This document shows positions 40,301 through 56,225 of a stretch of DNA of 64,000 nt, piece after piece. Origin of the DNA: Eledone cirrhosa (taxonomy: Eukaryota); the NCBI GenBank assembly GCA_964016885.1, contig OZ024742.1, positions 193,192,001-193,256,000 on the forward strand, in the 5' to 3' direction. The notes under the pieces were generated by a model. That model was not told the origin of the DNA and made no database searches. It was given only the letters and a program-made list of their open reading frames with translations. Each line of letters begins with the position of its first letter. The stretch's first letter is position 1. The translations under genes and the position numbers were made by a program.

Positions 40301-42700
40301 GTACTGGTGGAATGTTCCAGTATAAGCCCCAATAAAATGCAGGCATAACAGACCAGTTTTAATGTTATGGGACATGGAGAAGAAATCATGCACAGTAGTG
40401 GAAGTTACTATCTTACTGACCTCTACAAACAAGTTCTTAAGGGAGATACACATACCAGAATGGTTGACATTAGCAGAAACGTTACTGGTCCCCAAGAACA
40501 AAGACACCCACTTGGCGAAAAACTATCGACCCATTGCATGCCAGAACCTGATGTATAAGATGTATACAGCCTGCCTGAACCTATTCCTCCAAGATTACTG
40601 TGAAAATAATAACATCATCACAGATGAACAAGCAGCTGGAAAGAAAAGGGTTTCGGGATGTGCTGAACAACTCCTAATCATCAGAACTGCGATGTCGGAG
40701 GTGCGACAACTTAGGAGGAATAAGACTACAGTCTTGCTGGACTACAGGAAAGCTTTCGATTCTGTTCCCCACTCTTGGATGATAGAGGCCCTCCAACTTG
40801 CTAAAGTCCCAGACATTATTGTCAGAGACATAGAGAGGCTGTCTTCTTCCTGGGCTACTATCCTAAGGTTAAAGACAGAGAGGGAGGACTCTATTTTCAC
40901 TGATAAAATAAAAGATTGCAGGGGTACATTTCAGGGGACAGTCTGTCTGTGATATTGTTCATCCTGTCATTAAACCCCTTGTCCTTTCTGCTCAAGAAAT
41001 GTGAGGGATACATCATTGATTCACAAGAGGACAGAAATACGAACCTAACCCATAACTTCTTTGTGGACGATCTGAAACTCTATGCCAAGAACATGGATGG
41101 GATGAAGAAAAATCTTGTCCTGGTTACAACGTTCTGAAAGGATATAGGAATGGAGTTTGGCCTAGATAAATGCTCATACATGACTGTGAAGCGGGGAAAA
41201 ACAACAACCCAATCTAGCAACATTTTCATGGTCTAACTGTTTCACCGATATCTGATGAGGACTGCTACAGATACCTGGGGATAGATGAGAACATATCCTA
41301 TAATGGTATCTGTAATAAAGAACGAGTAACCAGGGAATACTACACACGATTAAGAAAGATCTGGTCATGAGAACTATCTGCTTAAAACAAAACAGTGGCT
41401 CACAATGTGTTTGATGTGCCTGTCCTAACACCAACGTTTGAAATACTCGATTGGACGATAGACGAAATCCGAGCAGTTGATGTTAGAACTCGAAAAATAC
41501 TGAACAACACCGGAAACTTCCACATCAACAGTGACATAGACCGCCTTTACTTGAAACGTAAGCAGGGAGGCAGAGGCCTAATATCAGTCCATTCAACATT
41601 TGAATGTCGAATCATACCTCTCCGACAACATCTACGAATCTCGAAGCGTAGGAACCCGCTTCTCGAGCAAGTCTATCTGCATGAAACAGATAAGATCATG
41701 AGAGTTGGGAAGGAACTCCTTGAGAGATATTCCCTGTGTGATAATCAAATACCCACACCCAGGGATGTCGCTCAGCAGTATCGCAGTGAATCCATGGATG
41801 AAAAACTGCATGTCTATCAGCAAAAAATCATGCATGGATATATTGCCAGGAAGCTCCCGAGTGAGAGTAAAATAGATAAGGAAAGTAGTCTATCTTGGAC
41901 CAACAACCGCTATATTAGCTCCCACTTTGAAGGATACGCTTTTGCAATCAAGAACAGGAGATTAGCACGAAATACCTGATTCACAAAAGAGATAGGGATG
42001 CAGGCAAAACACCTAGATGTGATAACAAGTGCAGACTCTGCAGAACTAACATCGAGGATATCACCCATTTCATCAGCAGCTGTCCAATGATGTCATCGCG
42101 GTACTATCTACCTATGATGCATGATGTAGTGGCCAAAACACTGTACAATGCAGTTTCGTAAAAAGATAGCCCCGATAATAAACACATTAAAAGCTACAAC
42201 AATGTGGAAGACGTCCATGTACATAATATGAAAGAGTACTGGTGGAATGTTCCAGTAAAAACCCCAATAAAATGCAGACCAGATATTATGATATGGGACA
42301 GGGTGAAGAAAACATGCACAGTAGTGGAAATTAGCTGCCCAGCAGATGCCAATATGATATCAAAGATTAGTGAAAAGGAGAATATTTATGCAGAACTGAT
42401 GAGCAATCTGCAGATACTCCACCCTGATTACACCTTCAGATTTATGCCTGTGATTATTGGGGCACTGGGATATGTTAGTAACTGCCTGAATACAAATCTT
42501 GAGAAGCTAGGCTTCACAGGAACAGAAAGAACACAACTAGTTAGGAAAGTACAGCTACAATCCATTAATGGATCAGTAAAAATATGTTAAACATTCCCAA
42601 AATGTTGCATCTAATAACTGCATATACACATATACACATGCACACATACAACTCAAAACATCCACATCCACACAAACAATAACATCCATATCTACACATG
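40301..42700 (+). mobile_element. Degenerate R4/Dong-like non-LTR retrotransposon (RT plus RLE)
   Basis: NYRPIAC, LDYRKAFDSVPH, QG/DSLS, FVDDLKL, CRLC..HFISSC, RPD..E; stops and frameshifts; flanked by (CATA)n. Confidence 0.9.
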
Positions 42701-42762
42701 CATACATACATACATACATACATACATACATACATACATACATACATACATACATACATACA

Positions 42763-42792
<30 letters not shown>

Positions 42793-42793
<1 letters not shown>

Positions 42794-43502
42794 GAGGGAT
42801 ATCTCTATGCAATACAGGAACAAGAACTCTCTACCAAATATCTGCTGCACAAAAGAGGAGGGCCAGCAGCTGACAATAAATGTAAGCTATGTAAAACAAA
42901 GATCGAGAATGTCATCTCGCTACTACCTCCCCATGAGACACGATGGGATAGTTAAAACCATCTGGAACGCACTTCGGAAAACAAAATTAACAACAAACGA
43001 GGAAGAATATATTGAGACAGATGGCACTAAAGAATACTGGTGGAACCTGAAAATAAAAACTGCCACCAAATTAAAGCACAACCGGCCTGATATTGTTGTT
43101 TGGGACCACACATTGAAAACGTGTTCTGTTGTGGAGATCAGCTGCCCACTTCATGTAAACGTTGTCAGAAAAATACAGGAGAAGGAGGACATCTACGGAC
43201 CATTGATGAGGAGTTTACAAATCCAGTATCCAAGATACACCTTCAGCCTCATACCCATCATTATTGGAGCTACGGGTTATATACCAACCCGCTTGGACCA
43301 AAGTATGACTGAACTTGGATTTGCGGACAAAAAGCGCAGCTCCCTAATTCATAGTCTACAAATGGCTGCGATAGCTGGCACCTTCAAAATTTGCAAAACA
43401 TTCTTGTGATTCAAGGGATGACAATTACTTTTCTTTTACTACCTTGCCACCAGGAAGGTGGCCGGTCAAAAAAATATACTCGAAATTAAGAGAAAGAGAA
43501 AA
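42793..43502 (+). mobile_element. 5'-truncated R4/Dong-like copy (same family as 9745-10802)
   Basis: Near-identical RLE region and 3' end gaaagagaaaa|(CATA)n. Confidence 0.88.
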
Positions 43503-43943
43503 CATACATACATACATACATACATACATACATACATACATACTTACATACATATATACGATTGCATGTTGTCAGTTACGAAAACAATTTTCTCCAGTTA
43601 TTCGATCACCAGAACAACCTACTCGTGAAATTGAAGTATAAATGTGCAGAAATTTACAGGCACGTGTATCCATAATATGCTCCTCTTGGAAATTCAGCCG
43701 AATATTCTGTGTGACAATGTTAGATTCAACGCTCGTGTGGACCAGAGGCTAGGGTAAATGAGGCTGCCACAAGAAGCCATGAGTTGGAATCGAACCTGGA
43801 ATTTAATATTTGTGAATCAAAATGCCTAATAATTTCCTGATAGTGAATTCATACAAAGATACATACGTAGGAACATACTCACATACGTACATGCATACAT
43901 ACATACATACATACATACATACATACATACATACATACATACA

Positions 43944-44553
43944 TGGTGGCTGCCAACTCGTTTTCGAGTACGGCCACTACTTTATATCCATGTAGGAGAA
44001 CCCCTACCGATGCGCCGAACGAGTGTGACTGTTTAGTCCAGCCAGCGACTTGAAAACTCTGGTACAAACACTACACTTGTGACAATTATTGACACATAGT
44101 GCTGGGCCCATGGTACCATGTGACGACAAGTGCAGAGAGATCTCCAGATATAAAGCAATGCCTGTGCCGTGAAGCTTTTATAGTGAGCAAAGGCACTGCA
44201 CAAAGCCAGTCCCACTCTCTTAACCAAGATGATATTTACCAAAAAGAAGAACAAGTCAACATCATTGGATACCATCAGGGTTGCAGGTGTTATATCAGAG
44301 TTTTCCTTCTCCTAGAATTCTGCCTTGACAAAGGCTAAGGGGTCATCTCTCCCGGTGATTTTGGATGGCCATTGACTCTTAAGAGCTCCTTTGCCCTTTG
44401 ACAGGTTTTGTTTTTAGTCCTGCAGGATGTCCAAAGTCACCCTCCTCACCAAGAAACCTTGGTGGGGTTGCCAGTTTAGTCGCCAACGACCCGACCATGA
44501 GACAGGTTGTACTGGGATACATGTTACCAGTAGCACCAACTGGTAACCTGACA
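43944..44553 (-). mobile_element. Non-autonomous bipartite RTE derivative, longest copy
   Basis: Leader plus zinc-finger 3' end plus (ATGT)n tail. Confidence 0.8.
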
Positions 44554-44710
44554 TAAACATACATACATACATACATACATACATACATACACACATACAT
44601 ACATTCACACATACATATGTACATGGTTACATAAGTACATACGTACATAGATAAACACACACATACACACAACTATACATTCATACATACGTCAATACAC
44701 ACAGACACAC

Positions 44711-44822
<112 letters not shown>

Positions 44823-45500
44823 ATTGAATGAATGCAAATTCATTTATCACGGCCAATTTTGTAATGCTCCATCCACCAGATGTTGGCCTTCGCATTTTCT
44901 CTTGCATTATTCCAAACATTTGACAAGTGGTTTCGTTATGAATGCCTCAACTGTGTGCTATTCAAGTTTGCCCATATTAGAGTAACGAAAATTGAAGAGT
45001 TGACATAGGCAAGCAAATATTCTTTAATTACTCTCCTGTCAATTAATCCATTATTCCAATATTGACATTGACATACGAAATGAAGGCTGTATTGTTTACT
45101 TCATAATTTACGAATCTGATTTGATTATTATTCTAAAAGACAGGTTTCTAATGAAAGGAAACCACTTTTAAGATTTCTTGTCATTGTATACGTAATAATC
45201 CATGCGCTTGATTAGATAGATATTCTGCTAATTATTGTTGTCTTTAAATGAATTATAATTTAATTTAATTGTAAATGGAAGTAATGAATTTTCCTTTGAA
45301 ATCACATCAGTGGCTTGCGTACGTAATAGGTTGAAGTTCTTGATGCAATCCTCTATAATGTAAACAAAAGATCTCAAACCAATGCCGGAGTCTCTACTGG
45401 GTTGATCGATCTGCGAGAAATAACAGCCTAACAGCCTTCAAATCTCGTATTGTACTCATCATACATACAAACACACACACACACAAACACAAACACACAA

Positions 45501-45573
<73 letters not shown>

Positions 45574-46561
45574 CAGTGGGTGTAACTAGGAGTTACTGCA
45601 GGTTCACCCGGGTGAGCACTCGATGTTTAGGTTCACTTCTGTGATGATGTGTAGAGCTATACAGAGTGTAAAATATAGAAAGGATAAAAAGGACGATTGA
45701 TTATTCCTTTATTGAATTTATTGATAGGTGACGCGCGTTTCGCCACTGATCAGCTCAAGGTTAGGTCTATATCGATCCTACCCGACTCAATAATCGGCAG
45801 CTCGACGGACCCTCTTAAAATGCTATAAGAAAATGAAATACATGCTATGTGGTAAAGTCAGAGTTTCAAGAGTTTGACAAAATGAGATGTTTTGATTGGT
45901 GAGAAGGATCAAGGCGATGTACTGGCCTGTAGTGTATATGGGGGCGGTGTGATGGTGAGATGGTGGTGACCGTCTGTGGATGAGGTGGGCTGTGGTGTGG
46001 TGGTGGTGGGTTGACCTTGGCGTGTAGAGTATGTGGGGGTGGATGTGATGATATGGTAGTGGTTAAGGTTATTTAGTGTGATGGGCTGTGGTATGAGGTT
46101 AGTAGATTGTCAGTAGACGGGTTGGTGTGTTGGTGGGGGTGTGATAGTGGTGCCTTTGTCTATGGTAGCGGCGTTTGTGGTGGTGTGGTGGATGTATTGG
46201 TGGCGTCAGGTCCTTACATAGATACATAGTTAGACGCTCTTCGTCTGACAGATACCTTGTATATACGTATACGTACACACATATATGTATATATGTGCAC
46301 ATATATTGTTGTATAAACGCACACAACATAAAACACATACGCACATCCTTGCCCACACATATCGGCATACGCTCAGACACAGCCATATGTATATGTACAC
46401 ACATGTATGTGCATGCGCGCATGCGGACACGAATATGGAGAGTGGGGAAGTATCGGTGGGGGTGGAGAACGACAGAGATGGGGGGAAGGTGAGAGGCGAT
46501 GTAGAGGGTGTTTTACATATATACATACACATACATACACATGGGTATGGGCACATGGACT

Positions 46562-47921
<1,360 letters not shown>

Positions 47922-48115
47922 CAAAAGAATGAAGAATAAGATATTTGGCTGAACAATAGGGTTTATTTACAGTATTAACAATTGTTTCATTAATCCGGTA
48001 TGTCTAAATGTCGCTGGTGGTTAAAGTTACGTCACTCGACCTTAATTACAGATATGCGTACATGATACGGTGTGCTAGTTGTTATAGATAAATGGGAGAT
48101 AACATAAATGAAAAC

Positions 48116-48149
<34 letters not shown>

Positions 48150-51100
48150 TTTTCTTTATTAACCACAAGGGTTTACATAAAGTAGTCATTAAGGACAGTA
48201 CAGGACAATACAGGACGGTACAAATGGGCATTTCTGCGTGTAAAAAAACAGAGGATGTAATAAAATAACAAAGAAAAATTCCCCAATAGAAGGGAGACAT
48301 CCGAGGGACATTTGTGGAGAAAGCCCATTAAAAGACCACAGTGACCCTGACCACCAGGGCAAGTGCCCTCTCCCAGTTTTCCACCTTTAATTTACAGACA
48401 CATACTATAGAGAAGCCCCATTCATTCGGACCATACTTGCTTCTCTCACCCATCTTTCAACAAAATGCTGGGAAGAGAGCACTTCCCTCTCTACCCTGAT
48501 TTTCCTTTTCAAATGAAATTTGAAAAAAGTTAATCAGGGCATCACCGAAGAGGTAAGTGCTCGTCTTCAGCCCTTTCAAACGTGTCCACACTATCTCTTT
48601 CGCCATGGCCACCAGACAGATAAAAACTGCCTGCCCTTCCCGGCTAAAAGAAGACGGCGGGGCAATCCTCACGATGGACTCAGCTGATAGCTGGATCCGT
48701 CCTACACGTGACAGCAGGTGTTCGACATAAACCCAGAAGTCAGCAATGCTCGGACACTGGACGAGTGCATGCAGGACGGTTTCGTCGCCCTGTGCGCATC
48801 TCGGACATGCCCGGCTGACGGCACCTCCATGCCTGTAGAGTTTATCCCGAACTGGCAAAGCACCCCGGTAGCACTGCCAGGCCAGGGATTTCTGGAAGTT
48901 GTCCATAGGCACCGGCCCGAAAGTCCTTCCGAAGAGATTGGCTAGTTGATTTTCGTCGACGCCTAGAGTTTCTCCAAGTACTTCGTCGCTCTTACCCTCC
49001 ACTAATCCCCTATAGAACGCCAAGGTGGAGTTTCCACCGATCACATTGCCCGATTGGTCGAGGGCTGTGAGCGCCTGAAGACATTCCAGTCTCCAAGCGC
49101 TCCCTCTCTGTCTTCGCTTGACCCAGAACTGCAGCTCCGTCAAGGAGACGATTTGGGGGAAAACGTGTCTAGCAAACGGCGATTACACCTGATCACCGTC
49201 GAGGAAGAGGTGGAGATGTCGTAGCCTGAGCGTGTGTCTGCGCATCATCGGCCACGGCATGCCCAGCCCTCCACGTAGCGGGTGTTGACAGCAGATGGAC
49301 CGCCTGACCATCGGAGCGCGTCCCTTCCACAAGAAGCGAAAGAGCAAACGCTCCAGCGCAGTCAGGCGGGGCTTAGGACAAGGTACGACGGTCAGGCGGT
49401 AGTAGATGACGGACGCGATGTACGCGTTAGCCACCTCCGCTCGACCTTTCAGGGATAGCTTCCTCTCGGCCCATTTCTGGGTGAGAGAAACCAACCTGCT
49501 CGTCACCTCGTCCCAGTTTTTGTCCGTCTGGAGGTCTGGACCGAACCAGACCCCTAGCAATTTAACCAGTCCGTCCGTCCAGCGCCGGACGACACTGTTG
49601 GACGGCATGGACCTGCCTCTCCAGGTGCCGAGCTGCAGGCCCACTGACTTTTCCTGGTTGATCATTGCTCCTGTCACCGCTTCGTATTCTCTTAGTGTAG
49701 TGCCGATCGCCTCGATGTGTTTGGCGTTCGACATCGTACGGTGACATCGTCCGCATATGCTGACACGGATCTTCCGCATCCTAGTTCGCGCGGGATCCCC
49801 CTCAACGTCTTCTGTTTGTGCAGTAATGGCTCGAGAGTCAATACGTACAATAGGGACGATAGGGGACATCCTTGGCGGACCGAGCGCATGATGTTGAACG
49901 GTTCCGAAAGGTGACCGTTCACTCACACTACAGAGCAGATGTCGCTGTGCATGGCAGAGATCCAGCCTCTGAAGAAGGGCCCAAAGCTAGCCGCCCTCAG
50001 GACTGCCGCTAGGTAACGATGGTCGACCCTATCGAAGGCTTTCGACTGATCTAAATTGATCAAAGACCCACCCGTGCCAGGTTTCCTAGCTACCCTCTCT
50101 ACGATGTATCGCATGAGGTGGAGGTTGTCGTGGATGGATCTGTCGGGAATGGCGCATGTCTGTGCCTCCCCCACCAGACCACCAACGACAAGCGCCAACC
50201 TCTTTCTTAGCACCTTGGCCAAAATCTTGAACTCTGTGTTTAGCAGAGTTATGGGCCTAAAATTATCTATGTTATCCCCCTTGTTCGGATCCTTTCTCAG
50301 CAGCGCCACTGCTCCTCGGCTCACAGAGCTGGGAATTCTCCCGTTCTGTTGCCAGTTGCAGTAGACGTCCGCCAAGTGGCCTCCGAACAAGTCTGGCATT
50401 TGTACGTAAAGTTCATAGGGCAGACCATCCAAACCAGGCGATTTACCCCTTCTGCAGCCATCATTGCCTCCCGTACTTTAGCGGTTGTTATCGGCTTTTC
50501 GCAACACTCCGCCTCAGTGGCCGAAAGCCGCGGCAGTCCGTTGAGGTAGACACTAAAGTCCATCCCTCGATCCGGTCCGCCACTGCCCCAGATCAGTTGA
50601 GCGAAGTGTCGCTGAAAAGCTTCACACATTTTCCCGGGATCGACTAGCATGCGCCCGTCGTGGTCCACCAAAGACCGGATCGTGGCTTTGTTGCCACGAC
50701 GCGCCTCCGCCACTCGGGCCCATTGAACGGCTTTCGCCCCCTCGTGTCTGAGAGCACGCACCCTAGCTCTGACAGCGCAGCCTTCGTGCTTTGCATTGAA
50801 GAATTGGTCAAGGGCCAATTTCGCCGCAAGTACGTCGGTCGCGATGCCTTTGCTAAGCGCCTCGTCGAATTTTTTAACTAATTCTCCCACTGCTCTATTT
50901 TTCTCTATTGCTAAAGCCTTACTAAACCTAATGGACTCTATTCTAATTGCTCTTTTCAGAGCAAACCACCACTTGTTGTTGACGATGGCCCCCGTCAACG
51001 CCCGCTTAACTAGTTCGCTAATCCGGTCTCTGTAGGCCTTGCGCGCTGGTAAGGACGCGTTTAGCTTCCAGTAGCCGGGTCCTCGTCTATGAAGCCTATC

Positions 51101-54026
51101 TAAGTCAAGCAGACAGATCACGAATTTGTGGTCCATGTAGCTGACTATCATGAATTGTGGACAGCCTATGCTAGACCTATCTATTTCCCTACAAAATACT
51201 CTGTCTAGATATGATCTGGATGGCCCTATGCGATTTGTCCAAGTCCACACTGGTACATTCGGGAAATCCATTCGGTACCTGTCAGACAGTTCAAAACGCC
51301 TGAGCAGGTTGGTGAGACTCTTGCACCCTCCTTCCCTATCCACTAATACCACACAATCCCAGCGTGCATCTAAGATCCCGCTCCAGTCGCCCACTAATAC
51401 TAAAGAGCGGGACGTTCCAAGAAAGGTCTCTAGACGCAGGAAGAAATCAGGCCGCCCTGCTCCTGTCGGGGCATAGACGGCCACTAACCTGAAAGCTTGC
51501 CCGTCTCCGCTGGTCACGTCCAGCACCACCAACTTACGTTCTGGGTCCAGGAAGATTGCCCGTATGGCAAGATCCAAACCTCTCCGAAAAAGCATAGCAA
51601 CTCCTCCCCCCAATCCCGGACGGCTGGGAGATGCGTACACATCGTAGCCGCCGAAGATCGGTGCGCAGGCCCGTGCTTCGGAGATTCTGGTCTCGCTGAT
51701 GGCCACTACATCTATGATTAGTGACCTGAAGTCGTTGAGCAGGTGGCCCTGCTTCCATGACGACCCCAAGCCACGCGCATTTATGCTGCCTTTTCTGAGT
51801 GAGGTCATGTTGAAAAGGAGTGGAAAAGATGGGAAAGACCATTTACCTTACTTCTCGTAGGGGAAGGACGGTTTTTCCATCCTTTTCACTGCTTTTGGCC
51901 TCCTCAGGAAGGATGTCCTTATAAATCCTCCTGGAGAGTGCTTGTCAGAAGTCTCCGATGTCTTTGGGGAATTTTTGTTTTAGTGTCATGTACGTTTTCT
52001 GTGTGATGCGAGTGATTTGTATGTGTGGAGGTGGTGTGAATTTTTGGGTTGTTGTGTTATCTTTTTCTGTGGTGCTGGTGTTGTGTTGGATGTAGTGTAA
52101 TAATTGCTTGTTGTTCAAATTTAATGCTGTGTAGTGTGTATCGTTTTGGTTGTTTTGTTTTGTTTGCGTTTGTTGTGGGTTTGTTTCTGTTTCGCATTTT
52201 GCTGACTTTTGTGGTGTAGGTGATGGTGGTGTTGGGGTTAATGATGGTGATGGTGTTGGTGTTTGGGTTGATGGGGTTGGTGATGCTGGTGTGGATGGTG
52301 GTATATCTGTCCTAAATTTTTTGTTTGTTAATTTATTTGTTTCCCTCTGTATTTTGTTTTTGGAGGGGGAAGGAAGAGAATTTTTTCTTTTTTGGTTTCT
52401 TTTGTTTTTTCCTGATACCGTTTCCCACTCCTCGTCGTCACAATCTGTCCCCAGTTGTGATAGGCCGGGGAGTGGAAAATCCTTCACAGGCGTTAGTTCT
52501 GGTTGTGGCGTGGTGGATGGTGTAGGCGCTGGTGCTAGTTCTGAAGCGTTGGGTGGTGGTGGTGTTGGTTTTGCTGGTGGAGGTGGTGTTGGTTTTGCAA
52601 CTGTTGCTGGGGTTGTTGCTGTTATAGTTGCTTCTGTTGTTGCTGCTACAGTTGTTGCTGTCATCTCTGCTACTGGTGGTGTTGATGGTTGTGTCACTGG
52701 GGTGGGTAAGAGAGGTGGCCTCAACCTTTTAGCCTGAGGGCAGAAAACCCTTAGGTGGGTTCCTTCACCACAAATGACACACCTAGGCCTTCTGCCCTCG
52801 ACAATTACGGTGAGGTGGCTGCCGTCAGTGAGGTCTATTACCTCTGGGATCTCCTCAATGCTTTTTTGGTCCGCTTGGATCAGGAGCTCCATCCCAGATC
52901 CGGACCAGTTCTCCTGCTTTTCTTTTGCTATCGCTATTATCTTTGTGCTGGCTTCGATGCCGGCGAGGACGGCCGCTATTAGCCAGGGAATTTCAATGGC
53001 CGGTGGAACGTGGGTCACCCTGATCTTTACGAGTCTCTGGCCACAATAGCTTGGGACGAGTGTGAAGTCGTCACTTCTTAATGGAGCCATGGAGTGTTCT
53101 CTAGCCTCCTCTGGTGTTTCAAAGAACACGTTCACGGTTCCATACTTCTGCCCACGTCTGATGTGGGTTTTCCTTGCCCACACATGTCCCAAAGCTTTTT
53201 GGATTTGGGACTCGGATGCCCGCGCCACTCGGCCCGATTTTACATTTATTGTTCGATACGACACGGTGCATAGGCACCGATGCTCCATTTTATTTAGGGG
53301 GGGGGGCTGACCCTGTACCCATCTTTCTTTACCATTTGTTTGGCATTTTCTAAATCCTCCTGAGTTACCGTAAATGCTTCGAACTCTTTTGCTAATCTGG
53401 CAAAACTGAGGGTGGTTTTTTTAATGTTATTGTTCTTGTTGTTGCTATCGTTATTTTTGTTATTATTAATTTTAGTTTCAGTTGTGGTGGTGGTGACGTC
53501 AGTGAAATTCTGTTTGGGAGAGTCCATTTTGGAAAATATTTCGACATCACGAGTTGATTTTTTTTCCTTTTGTTTCTGTTGTCGCGGTTGTGGTGGTGGT
53601 GGTGGTTGTCGCGGTGGTGGTGGTGGTGGCGGCTTTAACACCTGCAGTCATTGGTAATGGCGGGAAATGAATGTCTGCCTGAGACAAATTTAAAATATTG
53701 CTATGCTTAAATTGTGTGTGTTGGCAGACGTAATAGCATTTACAATGGTGGTGTCGGTGTGAGGTGTTAATTTGTGAGAAAGGCTTTCAGCTGCTTGGTG
53801 CAGTGGTGAATTAGCCTTTTTTTTCAAATAAATTTTTTGATAATCATAAAAGTTAAAATTTTGGGCACAAGGCCCCAATCTTTTTGGGTGTCCTTTTCGG
53901 AAAACAATGTATGTGCGCTTATATATAGTTAACAATACAAATTTTCCATAAATGGCAATTTTTAACAAACGGAAATAACAAACCTTTGCGGAGCTCACGA
54001 TGATACGATTTACTACGTAGGTCGCC
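48116..54026 (-). mobile_element. Near full-length Tx1/L1-clade LINE (disrupted)
   Basis: ORF1 53641-51945 with CVICGEGTHLRVFC knuckle; ORF2 from 51808: APE (INARGL, AVYAP, SYLDR), RT (LDQSKAFDRVDH, QGCPLS, YADD), CCHC; (TTA)n tail; 5' boundary uncertain. Confidence 0.92.
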
Positions 54027-56225
54027 AATAATAATAATAATAATAATAATAATAGTAATGATTTCTTTATTCGCCACAAGGGCTGACATCAAGAAAAACA
54101 TTACAGACGCCACAGGATAGTACAGGACGGTACGATGTGGAACTTGTGCGTGTAAAGATTTTTATTATTTATATAAGAAAAGAAGAAAAAAAGGACATAG
54201 AAACATATATATATACATAAACAATAAAAATGAATATTGAAACAAGGAAAAATTCCCCAATAGGGGGGGAAACCTCCGAGGGTTACTCGTGGCGAAAACC
54301 ACACAAAAGACAACGGCCACCCTGACCACCAGGGCAAGCTCCCTGTCTCAATTTTTCCATCTCTCAAACTACAGACGTATATTCAGAGTGGTCCGGTTCA
54401 CTCGGACCATTCTCACTACATTCACCCACCTTTCAACAAACTTGCTAGAAGGCAGCACTTGCCTCTCCACCCTGATTTTCCTCTTCAAGTCAAACTTGAA
54501 AAAGTTAATTAGGGATTCGCCGAAGAGGAAAGTGTTTGTCTTTAACCCTTTTAACCTTGTCCACCACACAATCTCTTTCGCCATGGCCACCAGGCAGATG
54601 AAAACCGCCTGCACTTCCTCCTCGAAGGAAGACGGTGAGACTATCTGCACAATGGACTCGGTCGATAACCGGATCAGTCCTACACGCGACAGCAACTGTT
54701 CGACATAATTCCACAAGTCAGCAATGCTCGGGCACTAACCGAGTGCATGCACGACCTTTTCGTTGCTCTGCGCGCATCTCGGACAGGCTCGGCTGACGGC
54801 ACTTCCGTGCCTGTAGAGCTTATCTCGAACCGGCAGCGCTCCCCGGTAGCACTGCCAGGCCAGGGATTTTTGGAAGTTATTCATAGGCCCTGAGCTGAAA
54901 GTTCTCCGGAAGAGAGCAAACAGCTGATCTTCTTCGACGCCGAGGATCTCTCCGAGAAAATCGTCGCTCTTCCCCACCACTAGTCCTCTATAGAACGCCG
55001 AGGTTGATGTTCCACCGATATTGGTGCCTAACTGGCAGAGGGCAGTCAGCGCCTGTAGACATTCCAGTTTCCAAGCCCTATCCCTCGGTCTTTTTCTGAC
55101 CCATGACTGCAGCATCGTGAAGGAGAAGAGTTGTGGGAAAACGTGCCTGGCGAACAGCGACGACACCTGTTCACCGTCAAGGAAGCACTAGAGATGTCGC
55201 AGGCTCAGCGCATGTTTGCGCATCATCAGCCATGGCATGCCCAGTCCTCCACGCAACGGGTGTTGACAGCATATGGATCGTCTGACCATGGGAGCGCGAC
55301 CCTTCCACAAAAAGCGGAAGAGGAGGCGCTCCATTGTGGGGATAGTTGGGCCGGGGCAAAGGATGACAGTGAGGCGGTAGCAGATGACGGATGCGATGTA
55401 CGTATTCGCCACCTCCGCCCGCCCTTTCAGGGACAGCTTCCTCTCGGCCCATTTGTGGGTGAGGGAGGCCACCTTGCTCGTCAGCTCGTTCCAGTTTTTC
55501 TCCATCTGGACAACCGGTCCGAACCAGACCCCGAGCTGCAAGACCACCGACTTTTCCTGGTTTATCTTTGCTCCTGTCACCGCTTCGTATTCCTTGAGAG
55601 CGGTGCCGAGCATCTGGACGTGTCTGGTTCTCCACACAACAACGGTGACGTCGTCGGCGTAAGCCAACTCGGATTTCCGCATCCTAGTTCGCGTGGGACG
55701 CCCCTCATCGCCCCCAGTTTGTGCAGTAACGGCTCGAGAGCCAATACGTACAAGTTGGAAGAGAGGGGACAATTCTGGCGGACTGAGCGCGTGATGCTGA
55801 ACGGCTGCGACAGCTGACCGTTCACCCTCACAATTGAGCAGATGTCGCTGTACATCGCAGCAATCCAGCCCCTGAAAATGGGCCCGAAACCGGCTGCCTC
55901 GAGGACGGCCGCCAGGTACCGATGGTCGACCATATCGAATGCTTTGGATTGATCCAAGTTGATCAGAGCCCCACTCGTGCCAGGTCCCTTAACCACCCTC
56001 TCTATGATGTATCACATGAGGTGGAGGTTGTCGTGTAATGATCTGTCCGGAATGGCGCATGTCTGCGCCTCTCCCACCAGACCCTTGACGACATGTGGCA
56101 ACTTCGTTGCTAACACCTTGGCCAAAATCTTGAACTCTGCGTGTAGCATGGTTATGGGCCTGAATTTATCGATAATATCCCTCTTGTTCGGGTCTTTTCT
56201 CAGCAGCGCCACCGCTCCTCTGCTA
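54027..56225 (-). mobile_element. Second, 5'-truncated Tx1-clade LINE (related subfamily)
   Basis: RT to C-terminus fragments paralogous to 48400-50320; (TTA)n tail at 54027-54060. Confidence 0.9.
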
